Below the pieces are notes generated by a model. It did no database searches. It was not told where the DNA came from and was given only the letters and a program-made list of their open reading frames with translations. A stretch of DNA of 64,000 nucleotides from Candidatus Scatovicinus merdipullorum (GTDB lineage: Bacteria > Bacillota > Clostridia > Oscillospirales > Acutalibacteraceae): NCBI GenBank assembly GCA_018712865.1, contig DVGH01000034.1:48941-112940 (forward strand), read 5' to 3'. The position numbers and the translations under genes were made by a program. Numbering within the stretch: position 1 is the stretch's first letter; every line of letters begins with the position of its first letter. Positions 27,646 through 36,948 of the stretch are shown here, piece by piece.

Positions 27646-28413
27646 TTAAAAAAGCCCTTCAAAAAATTCCTCAATTACATCCGCAGCGCTGGTGGTAAGA
27701 ACCTTCGCATGCGCCTGCTGCGGGATAAATTTTTTAATTTCAAACGTCACCTGGCTTGAAAACGCCTGCACCGTCCAGCAAGACGGCACATATACCGAGC
27801 TCCCGCTGCAGGAAATCTGGTCAGAAACAGGTGTGACCGCCTGATGCGCAAACAAAAACGGAATCACCCAGTCCGGTGCCACCACAAGCGCGCCAATTTT
27901 GGTTTCCTTTATATCCAAAATCAATTGCTTTTGCTCCGTATCCAGCCGTATATCCGCAAGCGCAGAAAGTACAACCACCTGTTCTCCGCATAAAAGCTTT
28001 ACATAAATCTCGCTTGGCTGTTCCTCATAAAAATATACCGCGAGCGCATCCGCTGAAATCTGCATGCCCTCTGGCGCAGGCTCCTGTTGCTGATCAAAAA
28101 GATAGGCAAAAAACGCGTTGATCTGTGCATCGGTAATTTCCTGCTCCTGTCCAAAAATAAACGACTGCGCCAGCGTGTAAACCAACCCGTCATCCGGCGG
28201 CGTATCAAATTTTTGCAGATCCTCCGTCTGCAGCGCCAGATTGACCGCTACAATGGCCGAAACAGCCAACAAAACAATCAAAACGCCAAACGCAATCAAT
28301 ATATTTCTTCCAAGATGCCCGCGCTTTTTCTCGCCATTTTGCAATTCCCCATAAGAATCGCCATATTGATCTGCAAACGCTTGTTGCCGCTTGTTTTGAT
28401 CCTTTTCCGGCAT
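27646..28413 (-). CDS. Membrane-anchored hypothetical protein (N-terminal TM, extracytoplasmic domain)
   Basis: 255 aa. The TM is NILIAFGVLIVLLAVSAIVAVNLAL. It starts 12 nt after the mutS2 stop. The topology faintly recalls YpmS/DUF2140 proteins (weak, from memory). Confidence 0.55.
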   Translation of the reverse strand: MPEKDQNKRQQAFADQYGDSYGELQNGEKKRGHLGRNILIAFGVLIVLLAVSAIVAVNLALQTEDLQKFDTPPDDGLVYTLAQSFIFGQEQEITDAQINAFFAYLFDQQQEPAPEGMQISADALAVYFYEEQPSEIYVKLLCGEQVVVLSALADIRLDTEQKQLILDIKETKIGALVVAPDWVIPFLFAHQAVTPVSDQISCSGSSVYVPSCWTVQAFSSQVTFEIKKFIPQQAHAKVLTTSAADVIEEFFEGLF

Positions 28414-28424
28414 ATTTTCCCTCC

Positions 28425-30782
28425 TTATTTAAGCTCCACAATGGTTACACCCGTTTCGCCTTCACCATAAACGCCCAGGCGAAACGATCGGACAGCCTTA
28501 TGCCCCTTTAAAAACGCATGCACCTCACGGCGCAAAACGCCTGTTCCTTTGCCGTGGATCACCGTAAGCTGCCCTATGCCTGAAAGCACAGCGGCGTCAA
28601 TGGCATTGTCCAATTCCATAACGGCTTCCATTGCGGTCATTCCCCGCAGGTCTATCTCCGTTACAGGCCGTACGTCCGACTTCCCTCCGACGCTCCTCGT
28701 TACAGAGCGTATCACCTGCTGTTTTGGTTTTTTATCCAGCAGCCGCAGGTTTGCGGCCGGAACTTTTGTTTTAATGATCCCCGCCTGTACAAGCACCTGC
28801 CCGGCAGCGTCTTCTTCTTTTAAAACCACACCCTCTTTGTCAATATCAAAAATCAACACATTGTCCCCCGGCTTAAGCTTTCTTGGCAGCTTATATCCAT
28901 CGTCTTCCTTTTTCCTTATGGGGTCTGCACTGTCCTCCATAGACTTTATTTTTGCTTTTAAGCGCGACCTGTCTTCTGCAGAAAGACGCGCCTCTTTTTT
29001 CTGTGCCGCTTCCAAGCGGTCCAAAATCGCAAAGGCCTGCGCCTTTGTTCGCGCGCTGATGCTCTGCGCCTCTTCCTTTGCCCTTTTTATTTCACTCTCA
29101 GCCTGCTGTTTTACAGCGTCGAGCTCTTTTTTTGCAGCCTGCCTGTCCGCCTGCGCCTGTAAGGCAGCCTGTTGCGCCTGCTTTAAGCGCTCTTCCAGCT
29201 CCTGCCTTTTGGCTTCTAATGTCTGCATAACATCCTCAAACGCTCTGTTCTCCCTTGAAACAAGCGTGCGTGCCCTTTCCACCACCGCCTGATCCAATCC
29301 CAAACGCTCTGATATTGCAAAAGCGTTTGACCTTCCCGCCACACCAATTAAAAGTTTATAGGTCGGCCGCAAGGTCGCAACGTCAAACTCGCAGCAGCCG
29401 TTTTCTACACGTTCGGTTTGCAGCGCGTACGCTTTAAGTTCTGCATAATGGGTGGTAGAAGCCGTTTTTGCTCCCATTGTGTGCAAACGTTCCAATATGG
29501 CAATGGCCAGTGCCGCACCTTCTACAGGATCCGTCCCCGCGCCAAGCTCATCAATTAATACCAGGCTGTTTTCATTAGCCTGCTTTAAAATTTGTGTAAT
29601 ATTGGTCATATGTGCGGAAAAAGTCGAAAGCGACTGCTCAATGCTCTGCTCGTCGCCAATATCGACTAAAACGTTTTGAAATACAGAAATCTGGCTGTTG
29701 TCGCGCGCAGGTATCATAAGCCCGCACATGGCCATCAGCGTTAAAAGCCCCAGTGTTTTAAGCGAAACCGTCTTTCCGCCTGTGTTTGGCCCTGTAATCA
29801 CAAGCGTATCAAAGTGGTCGCCCAGCTCTATATCCGTGGGCACCACCTGATCCGGATCAATCAACGGATGGCGCGCGCTGTGCAGGCGGACAATTCCTTC
29901 CTCGTTGAGCACGGGCACGCTGGCTTTCATTTTATAGCCAAGCTGTGCTTTTGCAAAGATCACATTTAACTCCACCAGGTTTTCGTAGCTGCCGATAATC
30001 GCATCTGCAAACGAGCCTGCCTCTGCAGAAAGCGCAAACAAAATCCGTTCTATTTCCTGCTCTTCCTTTGCTTTAAGCACTTTTATTTCATTATTGGCCT
30101 CCACCACGTTCATAGGCTCAATAAAAAGTGTTGCACCGCTGGCGGAAGTATCGTGTACCAGCCCGCTGATATTTCCCTTGCATTCCGCCTTGACAGGTAC
30201 GACAAACCTGCCGTCGCGCATTGTAATAATCGCTTCCTGCAAATACTTCTGATAAGCAGCAGATCGCACCATTTTTTCAAGTGCCTCCCTCGCTTTTGCA
30301 GACGTCGCAGTTATTTTTCTGCGGATTTCCGCAAGCGCACGCGAAGCTTGGTCTGCCATTTCATCTTCCGATAAAATCGCGTTGGTAATTTTATCCTCCA
30401 TATATTTATTGGGGACAAGCCCTTCAAAACGAAAATCCAGCGCCGTCTTTATTGCCAGCGACTTTTGCCTCCACTGGACAACCGAACGAATCACACGAAG
30501 ACATTGCGCTATCAAAAGCAGCTCCTTCATTGTTAAAATGCCGCCCGCCTGTCCTCTTTTCAGCGCATTTGTCACATTTTCCATACCGTAAAACGACGGC
30601 GCTCCAAAGCGCCCTGCAAGCATATGCGCATCTGCCGTTTCCTCCAGCAAGCGCTGCGCCTGCGTGACGTTGTGTACAGGCTCCAAACGCAGCGCCAGAT
30701 CGCGTGCGTCGGGGCAGGTTGTCTCCTGCGATAGCCTGTCCAGTATTTTATCAAGCTCCAAAGCCCTTTCATGTCTGTTCAT
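28425..30782 (-). CDS. mutS2: Endonuclease MutS2 (MutS domain plus C-terminal Smr)
   Basis: Walker A GPNTGGKT, DELGAGTDP, long coiled coil, and an Smr C-terminus (IDLRGMTAMEAV...VIHGKGTGVLR). 785 aa. Confidence 0.95.
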   Translation of the reverse strand: MNRHERALELDKILDRLSQETTCPDARDLALRLEPVHNVTQAQRLLEETADAHMLAGRFGAPSFYGMENVTNALKRGQAGGILTMKELLLIAQCLRVIRSVVQWRQKSLAIKTALDFRFEGLVPNKYMEDKITNAILSEDEMADQASRALAEIRRKITATSAKAREALEKMVRSAAYQKYLQEAIITMRDGRFVVPVKAECKGNISGLVHDTSASGATLFIEPMNVVEANNEIKVLKAKEEQEIERILFALSAEAGSFADAIIGSYENLVELNVIFAKAQLGYKMKASVPVLNEEGIVRLHSARHPLIDPDQVVPTDIELGDHFDTLVITGPNTGGKTVSLKTLGLLTLMAMCGLMIPARDNSQISVFQNVLVDIGDEQSIEQSLSTFSAHMTNITQILKQANENSLVLIDELGAGTDPVEGAALAIAILERLHTMGAKTASTTHYAELKAYALQTERVENGCCEFDVATLRPTYKLLIGVAGRSNAFAISERLGLDQAVVERARTLVSRENRAFEDVMQTLEAKRQELEERLKQAQQAALQAQADRQAAKKELDAVKQQAESEIKRAKEEAQSISARTKAQAFAILDRLEAAQKKEARLSAEDRSRLKAKIKSMEDSADPIRKKEDDGYKLPRKLKPGDNVLIFDIDKEGVVLKEEDAAGQVLVQAGIIKTKVPAANLRLLDKKPKQQVIRSVTRSVGGKSDVRPVTEIDLRGMTAMEAVMELDNAIDAAVLSGIGQLTVIHGKGTGVLRREVHAFLKGHKAVRSFRLGVYGEGETGVTIVELK

Positions 30783-30803
30783 ATATGTATCTCCAACTTG
30801 TTG

Positions 30804-31550
30804 TCAATTTTGAATGGTTTTATAAAAATCAAGCGTTTTAAAAACATGCTCACTCACATGCAGCACATACGCCTCGCTTGCCTGCTCCAAAAGCGCAACG
30901 GAAGCTTCCGGCAGGGTAAAACCAAAAAGCTTTTCAAGCGGCGCATAAATACAATGGCGCATCGCCGTTGTCACACCCATACCAAGCAACATGCCGTATC
31001 TTTCTTTTCCTTGTATACAATCTCCACACAGCAATATGCCGCTTTGCGGTAAAAAATACATGTTCTCATGCGCATAGCACTGACAGCCGTTGCAGCACAT
31101 AAGGTCCGGCATATACCCTGCAATGGACAAAAGCCGCAGCTCCACGGCCGCCTTTATCAGCCCTCTGGGGCGCTTTTCTCTGGACAATACGTACAGCCCG
31201 TTTAAAAACAAGCGCAAATATTCCTCCGCCGGAAGATTTTCCGGTGCAAAGGCCAACGCAAGCTCGCAAAAATACTGCGCCAAAGACATCTTTACAACAT
31301 CCGTGCGCAGTCTTACAAACATTTCCTGCGATTGTGCCTCGTCAATTGTATATGTATCCCGGCCTATAAAAATAGTAAGCCGGGAATAGCACAACAGCCG
31401 TGTTGCAGAACCCTTGGGGCTTTTTATACTGCGCGCGTTTTTTACAAACGCCCGTATAATGCCATGACTCTTTGTAAGCACTGTCACAAGCCTATTTTGC
31501 TCCCCTATATTCTGTTCCTTTATAATCAGGCCGTCCGTGCTGATTTTCAT
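30804..31550 (-). CDS. recO: DNA repair protein RecO
   Basis: MKISTDGLIIKEQNIGEQNRLVTVLTKSHGIIRAFVKNA (OB fold) and a zinc motif CNGC...CGDC. Start at ATG 31550 behind GAGGAGGCGGAG. Confidence 0.88.
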   Translation of the reverse strand: MKISTDGLIIKEQNIGEQNRLVTVLTKSHGIIRAFVKNARSIKSPKGSATRLLCYSRLTIFIGRDTYTIDEAQSQEMFVRLRTDVVKMSLAQYFCELALAFAPENLPAEEYLRLFLNGLYVLSREKRPRGLIKAAVELRLLSIAGYMPDLMCCNGCQCYAHENMYFLPQSGILLCGDCIQGKERYGMLLGMGVTTAMRHCIYAPLEKLFGFTLPEASVALLEQASEAYVLHVSEHVFKTLDFYKTIQN

Positions 31551-31668
31551 GCTCCGCCTCCTGCGTGTTGTCTGCAAAATCCTTACTGTTTTTTATGCTT
31601 GTATACGTTAAATAATCCAGAACGCTGCCCGATTTCAAAAAGGCCGTCCATGCATCTGTTTCATCCAT
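31492..31668 (-). CDS. yqzL: YqzL-like small protein (58 aa, not in the ORF track)
   Basis: Read by hand: MDETDAWTAFLKSGSVLDYLTYTSIKNSKDFADNTQEAEHENQHGRPDYKGTEYRGAK. An AAGGGTG/TAAGGT RBS region lies upstream. It occupies the era-recO gap, as yqzL does in Bacillus. The W..F...G.+..YL.Y core resembles that family. Confidence 0.55.
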   Translation of the reverse strand: MDETDAWTAFLKSGSVLDYLTYTSIKNSKDFADNTQEAEHENQHGRPDYKGTEYRGAK

Positions 31669-31798
31669 ACCTTACACACCCTTAACGTTAAATAGCGGGG
31701 ATTGTTTTTACATCCCTATTAACAGTATACGCACCCGGTTTGGTGATATAGCGTGTAAATTGTAGAAGAAATGAAAGTTAAATTTTCCCGTTTTTATA

Positions 31799-32734
31799 TT
31801 AGCGAAAATGATCGCTGTCATAGCCCAGCGACCGCAAAATCCCCTGCCTGTTGCGCCAGTCCTCTTTAACCTTTACCCAAAGCGAAAGGTTGATTTTACA
31901 GGCAAAAAACGCCTCCATATCCTGTCGCGCACAGGAACCGATCTTTTTAAGCATAGACCCGTTTTTTCCAATGATAATCCCTTTATGACTTGCCCTTTCG
32001 CAGTAGATGACCGCGTCTATATCCATTATGCCGCTTTGTTCCCTTGTCTGCATTTTTTCCACAATAACCGCCGTCCCGTGCGGAATTTCGTGATTAAGCT
32101 GCCGCAAAAGCTTTTCACGAATCATTTCCGCCGCAAGCACCCGCTCAGGCTGGTCGGTTAAGGTATCTTCTTCAAACAGGTGCTCACCCGGCTGCGCCTG
32201 CTTTTTCAGCTCGTCCTCCAGCGCCTGCATACCGCTTGCATGCAGCGCAGAAACGGGCACAATCGCAGAAAAATCAAACAGACTACTGTAATCTGCAATA
32301 TTCTGCATCAAATCCTCTTTGTTTTTGACAAGGTCAATCTTATTTAAGGCCAGCACCGCCGGTACCCCAAGAGCCTTAAATTTTTCCACCAGCGAAAGCT
32401 CCGTATCCGCCGGAGCTTTCCCCGCCTGTGCAACAAGCAGGCAGGCATCCACGCCGGACACAGATTCCCTGACGGCACGCACCATATAATTGCCAAGCTG
32501 CGTTTTGGGCTTATGCATGCCGGGCGTGTCAATAAAAACAAGCTGAACATCCGCCTTTGTTAAAACCCCCATAATCCTGGTGCGCGTTGTTTGCGGCTTG
32601 CTGGAAACAATCGCCACCTTTTGCCCCAGCAATCGGTTCAGTATAGAAGATTTTCCCACATTGGGTCTGCCCACAATCGCAATAAAGGCCGTTTTCTCCT
32701 GCCTGTTTTCCGTATGATAACCTGTACTAGCCAA
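31799..32734 (-). CDS. era: GTPase Era
   Basis: G1 GRPNVGKSS, G3 DTPG, G4 NKID, C-terminal KH domain. TTG start behind GGAGGG. Confidence 0.93.
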   Translation of the reverse strand: MASTGYHTENRQEKTAFIAIVGRPNVGKSSILNRLLGQKVAIVSSKPQTTRTRIMGVLTKADVQLVFIDTPGMHKPKTQLGNYMVRAVRESVSGVDACLLVAQAGKAPADTELSLVEKFKALGVPAVLALNKIDLVKNKEDLMQNIADYSSLFDFSAIVPVSALHASGMQALEDELKKQAQPGEHLFEEDTLTDQPERVLAAEMIREKLLRQLNHEIPHGTAVIVEKMQTREQSGIMDIDAVIYCERASHKGIIIGKNGSMLKKIGSCARQDMEAFFACKINLSLWVKVKEDWRNRQGILRSLGYDSDHFR

Positions 32735-32811
32735 AATATCCCTCCATGCTTACGCTTTATGCAAAAAGCGGAGAGTTGTCGGCTCTCCGCTGCTGTTGAT
32801 ATCATCAAGAT

Positions 32812-33309
32812 CTAATCCTTATCCTTTTTTCTGCTGCATACCGATTTTGCATTTTCCGCCATGCCAGACGGACCAATCATCACAAACAGAAGACTTAGGA
32901 CAACTGTTAAAATAAATATGGTAAACAGCGCGGGGTCGGAACATAAAAAGGTGACCATCTCCCACAGCTTTTGTGGCTGCCAGAACAGGCATATGCCCAC
33001 GGCCACGGCAAAAACCGACAAAACAAGAACCGCGCCGGCGGCCATATCCTTTGCCGCCTTAATCAAAGGGTGGCGCTGCTTTGCGCAGTAGTCGCAAACC
33101 CGTTCAAGCGCTGTGTTCAAAAGCTCCGCCGCCAACACCGCCGCAATCGTCAAAAGAAGTAAGGCCCAATGCAGCGCCGGCAATTCAAAAAATGCCGCAA
33201 CTGCCAACACATAGGCCGCTACCACAATATGTATCCGTATATTCCGCTCTGTTTTTATACAGTGCGCAATGCCGCTTACAGCATATTTAAAAGCACGAAA
33301 AAAACGCAT
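32812..33309 (-). CDS. dgkA: Diacylglycerol/undecaprenol kinase (DgkA family) with extra C-terminal TM segment
   Basis: FKYAVSGIAHCIKTERNIRIH, ELLNTALE, AKDMAAGAVL. 165 aa versus about 120 aa for canonical DgkA. Confidence 0.85.
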   Translation of the reverse strand: MRFFRAFKYAVSGIAHCIKTERNIRIHIVVAAYVLAVAAFFELPALHWALLLLTIAAVLAAELLNTALERVCDYCAKQRHPLIKAAKDMAAGAVLVLSVFAVAVGICLFWQPQKLWEMVTFLCSDPALFTIFILTVVLSLLFVMIGPSGMAENAKSVCSRKKDKD

Positions 33310-33806
33310 TATTCGTTAATTACATAGCTGGAGGATGCCGGAAGCCCCAACTGGTCCATAATAAATTCTTCCTTTTCGCGCATACGCACCCGTTCCAGGT
33401 TATCCTCATGATCATATCCAAGAAGGTGCAGCACAGAATGCGCCGTAAGATAACCAACCTCTCGCTGCAGGCTGTGGTCAAAGCGTTTTGCCTGCTCCTG
33501 CGCTTTTTCCATGGAAATCACTACGTCACCCAAAATCTGCGCACCCGTTTCAGGGTCTGTATCATATACGCCGTTTTCCCCCATTCCAAAGGAAAGAACA
33601 TCCGTAACCATATCCTTGTCACGGTATTGCTTATTATACTCCTGGATCTGCGCATTATTTACAAAGGTCACGCTGATTTCTGCCGGGCCCTTAAATTCTT
33701 CCAAACGTAAAACCGCATTGCAGCAACGGCGTACCAGCATACGCAGTCCTGTGGGAATTTTTACTTCTTTCTGCTTGTTTGTAATAATTACTCTGATCTT
33801 ATCCAT
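33309..33806 (-). CDS. ybeY: rRNA maturation endoribonuclease YbeY
   Basis: Zinc motif HSVLHLLGYDH. 165 aa. 1-nt overlaps with both neighbours. Confidence 0.93.
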   Translation of the reverse strand: MDKIRVIITNKQKEVKIPTGLRMLVRRCCNAVLRLEEFKGPAEISVTFVNNAQIQEYNKQYRDKDMVTDVLSFGMGENGVYDTDPETGAQILGDVVISMEKAQEQAKRFDHSLQREVGYLTAHSVLHLLGYDHEDNLERVRMREKEEFIMDQLGLPASSSYVINE

Positions 33807-34885
33807 TATCTGTTACGTCTGACCTCCTCATTTTTTTCATAGGCTTTTATAATATCTTGTACAAGCTTGTGTCTGACAACGTCTTTTTCATTAAAGGTCA
33901 CATGGCAGATATCCTTAATATTTTTTAAAACCCTGACACATTCCTTTAATCCGGACCGGCACCCCGGCGGCAGATCAATTTGCGTAATATCGCCGGTGAT
34001 CACCATTTTTGAGTTAAACCCAAGCCTTGTTAAAAACATTTTCATTTGCTCGCTGGTTGTATTCTGCGCCTCATCCAAAATAATAAAGCTGTCGTCCAGC
34101 GTGCGGCCGCGCATATATGCAAGCGGCGCAACCTCAATATTGCCGCGTTCCACATATTTCTGATAGGTTTCGGCGCCAAGCATGTCAAACAACGCGTCAT
34201 ACAGCGGGCGCAGATAGGGGTCCACCTTGCTTTGCAGATCCCCCGGCAGAAATCCAAGCTTTTCGCCCGCCTCTACAGCCGGGCGCGTCAAAATAATCCG
34301 GTTGATCTGCCTGGAACGGAACGCCGTTACCGCCATGGCAACTGCCAGATAGGTTTTACCCGTACCGGCAGGCCCAACACCTATGGTAATCGTATTGTCG
34401 CGGATTGCGTTACAGTATTGCTTTTGCCCAAGCGTTTTCGGTTTTACAGGCTTACCCTTCGACGTTATACAAATGCAATCGCCCGCCAGCTGCTCAATTT
34501 TCTCTTCGCTTCCGTCATTGACAAGCGACATACAATAACGAACGTTTTGCTCGCTTAAGCTTTCTCCCCGGTTAACAAGCTTTAAGAGGCTTTCAATCAC
34601 CTTTGCCGCCTTCGAAACAGCTTCCGGTTCACCCGTAATTTTCAAATCGGAGCCCCTGCCAATTACACCGACCGCATATTCGTTTTCTATCAACTTAATG
34701 TTTTCATCAAAGCTGCCAAATAATGCTACGGCATGCTCCATTCTGTCTACATTTACAATTTGCTCCAGTGTATCTTCACCTTCATCCAAGTGGTCTTGCA
34801 AAAAATAAATTATGGGAAATAGACAATATAACCCTACTATACTCAAATTATCTGTAATTATAACACAGAATTTTTTTAAAGTCAT
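33806..34885 (-). CDS. phoH: PhoH-family ATPase
   Basis: Walker A GPAGTGKTYLAVA, ILDEAQN, FLTRLGF..K+VITGD. The start is uncertain; the true start is probably about 25-45 codons inside the listed ORF, near LDEGEDTLEQI/MEHAV. Confidence 0.85.
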   Translation of the reverse strand: MTLKKFCVIITDNLSIVGLYCLFPIIYFLQDHLDEGEDTLEQIVNVDRMEHAVALFGSFDENIKLIENEYAVGVIGRGSDLKITGEPEAVSKAAKVIESLLKLVNRGESLSEQNVRYCMSLVNDGSEEKIEQLAGDCICITSKGKPVKPKTLGQKQYCNAIRDNTITIGVGPAGTGKTYLAVAMAVTAFRSRQINRIILTRPAVEAGEKLGFLPGDLQSKVDPYLRPLYDALFDMLGAETYQKYVERGNIEVAPLAYMRGRTLDDSFIILDEAQNTTSEQMKMFLTRLGFNSKMVITGDITQIDLPPGCRSGLKECVRVLKNIKDICHVTFNEKDVVRHKLVQDIIKAYEKNEEVRRNR

Positions 34886-35071
34886 TAAATTTGTGTAAAA
34901 ATATTATATCAGAAAAACTTTTGTTTAAAACTCCCAATAATCAAAACAAAAACAGCCTTTGTATTGTTGTATTTTTTCACTATTTTTCTATACGTCCTTT
35001 TATTTGCTTTTTAGGCGAAAAAATGGTAGTATAAATAAATTAGATCGTATCATAAAAAGAAGGTGCGTGCA

Positions 35072-35944
35072 ATGCCCGCTGTAATACCCAAAACGCTTTC
35101 TCTTCCAAAGGAACTTCTTGCGCTTTTGGAGCATAACTGCCTGCCGCATGCGGTTGTTTTGGAAAGCCACGATAAGCAGACTGCTCTGGATACCGCGTTG
35201 CATCTTTCCAAATGGGCGGTATGCACCGGCAGGGAAAAGCCGTGTGGCGTATGCAGCGCATGTATAAAAGCTGTAAAAAACAGCCATCCCGATATTTACA
35301 CAGCACAAGCTGCGGGAAAAACACAGGCCATCCCGGTGGACGAGATTCGCAGGATCTGTATGGACGCTTACATCGTCCCCAACGAGGCCCCGGTCAAGGT
35401 ATATTTGCTGTTTGATACAGACAATATGCAGCAAAGCGCGCAAAACGCTTTTTTAAAAGTATTGGAGGAACCGCCGCAGAATATCCTTTTTATTCTGACA
35501 TGCGAAAACGCGGAAAACCTTTTGCCCACAATCCGCTCCAGGGCGCCCGTTTTTCACCTGTCATCCGTACCGTCCGGACAAGCACAGGATGACCCCACCA
35601 AAGAAAAAGCATATGCGCTTGCCCTGCAAATTTGCCAGGCGCTTTATACCGGCAGCGAAATGCATCTGCTGGAACTGACAGGTGCGCTTTTGGACAAAGC
35701 ATTTGCCGCAGACGTGCTGGCACAGCTCACACTTCTGGTCCGCGGCGCGCTGGTTTGCTCAATAACCGGCAATATACAGGCTGCAGAGCAGGAAACAGAG
35801 CTTTGTGCGCATATCAGAAAACAAGGACTTTTAAATCTTTTAAACGTCATAAGCACCGCGCAGGCAAAGCTTATACGCAATGTCAACATGGCGCTTTTCT
35901 GCACCTGGCTGTGCGCGGCCCTCAGGGAAGAAAAAAATCATTAA
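35072..35944 (+). CDS. holB: DNA polymerase III subunit delta'
   Basis: LPHAVVLES..., zinc module CGVCSACIK, NAFLKVLEEPP, and the SRA motif (TIRSRA). Start at ATG 35072 behind AGAAGGTG. Confidence 0.85.
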   Translation: MPAVIPKTLSLPKELLALLEHNCLPHAVVLESHDKQTALDTALHLSKWAVCTGREKPCGVCSACIKAVKNSHPDIYTAQAAGKTQAIPVDEIRRICMDAYIVPNEAPVKVYLLFDTDNMQQSAQNAFLKVLEEPPQNILFILTCENAENLLPTIRSRAPVFHLSSVPSGQAQDDPTKEKAYALALQICQALYTGSEMHLLELTGALLDKAFAADVLAQLTLLVRGALVCSITGNIQAAEQETELCAHIRKQGLLNLLNVISTAQAKLIRNVNMALFCTWLCAALREEKNH

Positions 35945-35980
35945 AACAAAGAAAGCCAATATAGAATACAGGAGGATAAA

Positions 35981-36844
35981 ATGGCAGAGGTAATTGGTGT
36001 TCGCTTTAAAGATGTCGGAAAAGTATATTACTTTGACCCCGACAATACAACCCTTCAAGAAGGGGATGCAGTCATTGTAGAAACGGCCCGCGGTGTTGAA
36101 TGCGGCCGCGTGGCTACCGCAAATAGGGAAATACCGGACGAGGACATAGTCCATCCGCTTAAAAAGCTAATACGTAAAGCCACACAGGAAGACCTTGCGC
36201 GCGTAGAAGAAAACAGAAAAAAGGAAAAAGAAGCGTTTGGCATTTGTGAAAAGAAAATTCTCGCCCATAAGCTGGATATGAAGCTGGTAGATGTAGAATA
36301 TACTTTTGACAACAGCAAAATTCTGTTTTATTTTACAGCGGACGGGCGGGTGGATTTCCGCGCGCTGGTAAAGGACCTTGCGTCTGTCTTCCGCACAAGG
36401 ATCGAGCTGCGGCAGATCGGCGTGCGCGACGAAGCAAAAATGCTCGGCGGTCTTGGCATCTGCGGCAAACCGTTTTGCTGCTCCACCTTCCTGGGTGAAT
36501 TCCAGCCCGTTTCTATTCGGATGGCAAAAGAACAGGGGCTGTCTTTAAGCCCTGTAAAAATTTCCGGAACCTGCGGCAGGCTGATGTGCTGTTTAAAATA
36601 CGAGCAGGAAGCTTATACAGACCTTTTAAAAACAACCCCAAAGGTGGGTGCCATTGTAGGCACACCGGAAGGGCGCGGCGTTGTGGTAGACCAAAATCTG
36701 CTTACCGGCGTTTTAAAGGTGCGCATGGACAGAGCCCCCGAAGCGGCACCGTCAACCTTCAAGGTAAAAGAGGTCAAGGTTTTAAAGGACGCACAGATTC
36801 GCCTTGAGAAAAAAGAAATAGAAGAATTAAAAGGTTTGGAGTAA
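35981..36844 (+). CDS. yaaT: PSP1-domain protein (stage 0 sporulation protein YaaT/RicT)
   Basis: VIGVRFKDVGKVYYFDP..., Cys cluster GICGKPFCCSTF...GTCGRLMCCLKYE. Follows holB as in Bacillus. Confidence 0.9.
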   Translation: MAEVIGVRFKDVGKVYYFDPDNTTLQEGDAVIVETARGVECGRVATANREIPDEDIVHPLKKLIRKATQEDLARVEENRKKEKEAFGICEKKILAHKLDMKLVDVEYTFDNSKILFYFTADGRVDFRALVKDLASVFRTRIELRQIGVRDEAKMLGGLGICGKPFCCSTFLGEFQPVSIRMAKEQGLSLSPVKISGTCGRLMCCLKYEQEAYTDLLKTTPKVGAIVGTPEGRGVVVDQNLLTGVLKVRMDRAPEAAPSTFKVKEVKVLKDAQIRLEKKEIEELKGLE

Positions 36845-36888
36845 ATTTTATGCACGACATGTAAATCTTACTTTTTTCAGGAAAACAG

Positions 36889-36916
36889 TTGCTTTTTTTT
36901 TGAACAATGATACAAT
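36889..36916 (+). promoter_or_regulatory. Sigma-A-type promoter of the ferredoxin gene
   Basis: TTGCTT-16 bp-TGaTACAAT. Confidence 0.5.
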
Positions 36917-36948
36917 AGAGGTGTAATTTTAAAAGGAGGTGTTTCTAA

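Noticed and set aside
28549-29292. 247-aa plus-strand ORF (Ser/Ala/Cys-rich) and similar long ORFs at 26706..27386, 51146..51913, 53910..54683, 40788..41294, 47043..47636, 1162..1695 and 8560..8982
   Set aside because: All lie antisense to, or out of frame within, strongly supported conserved genes (mutS2, trmD/rimM, proA, the M28/ABC genes, spoIIAB, the phosphatase, spmA, ftsZ). They have low-complexity or biased composition typical of shadow ORFs and lack RBSs.
34886-35071. Replication origin at the minus-to-plus strand switch next to holB/yaaT, which are origin-proximal genes in Bacillus
   Set aside because: There is no cluster of DnaA boxes (only loose matches such as TTATAACACA) and no dnaA/dnaN/rpmH nearby. 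Strand bias is not maintained further right (metA, proS, proBA and the ABC genes are on the minus strand).
35000-35443. 147-aa minus-strand ORF overlapping the holB 5' region, and 36945..37331 (minus) overlapping the ferredoxin
   Set aside because: These are shadow ORFs of well-supported plus-strand genes with no RBS and no recognisable motifs.
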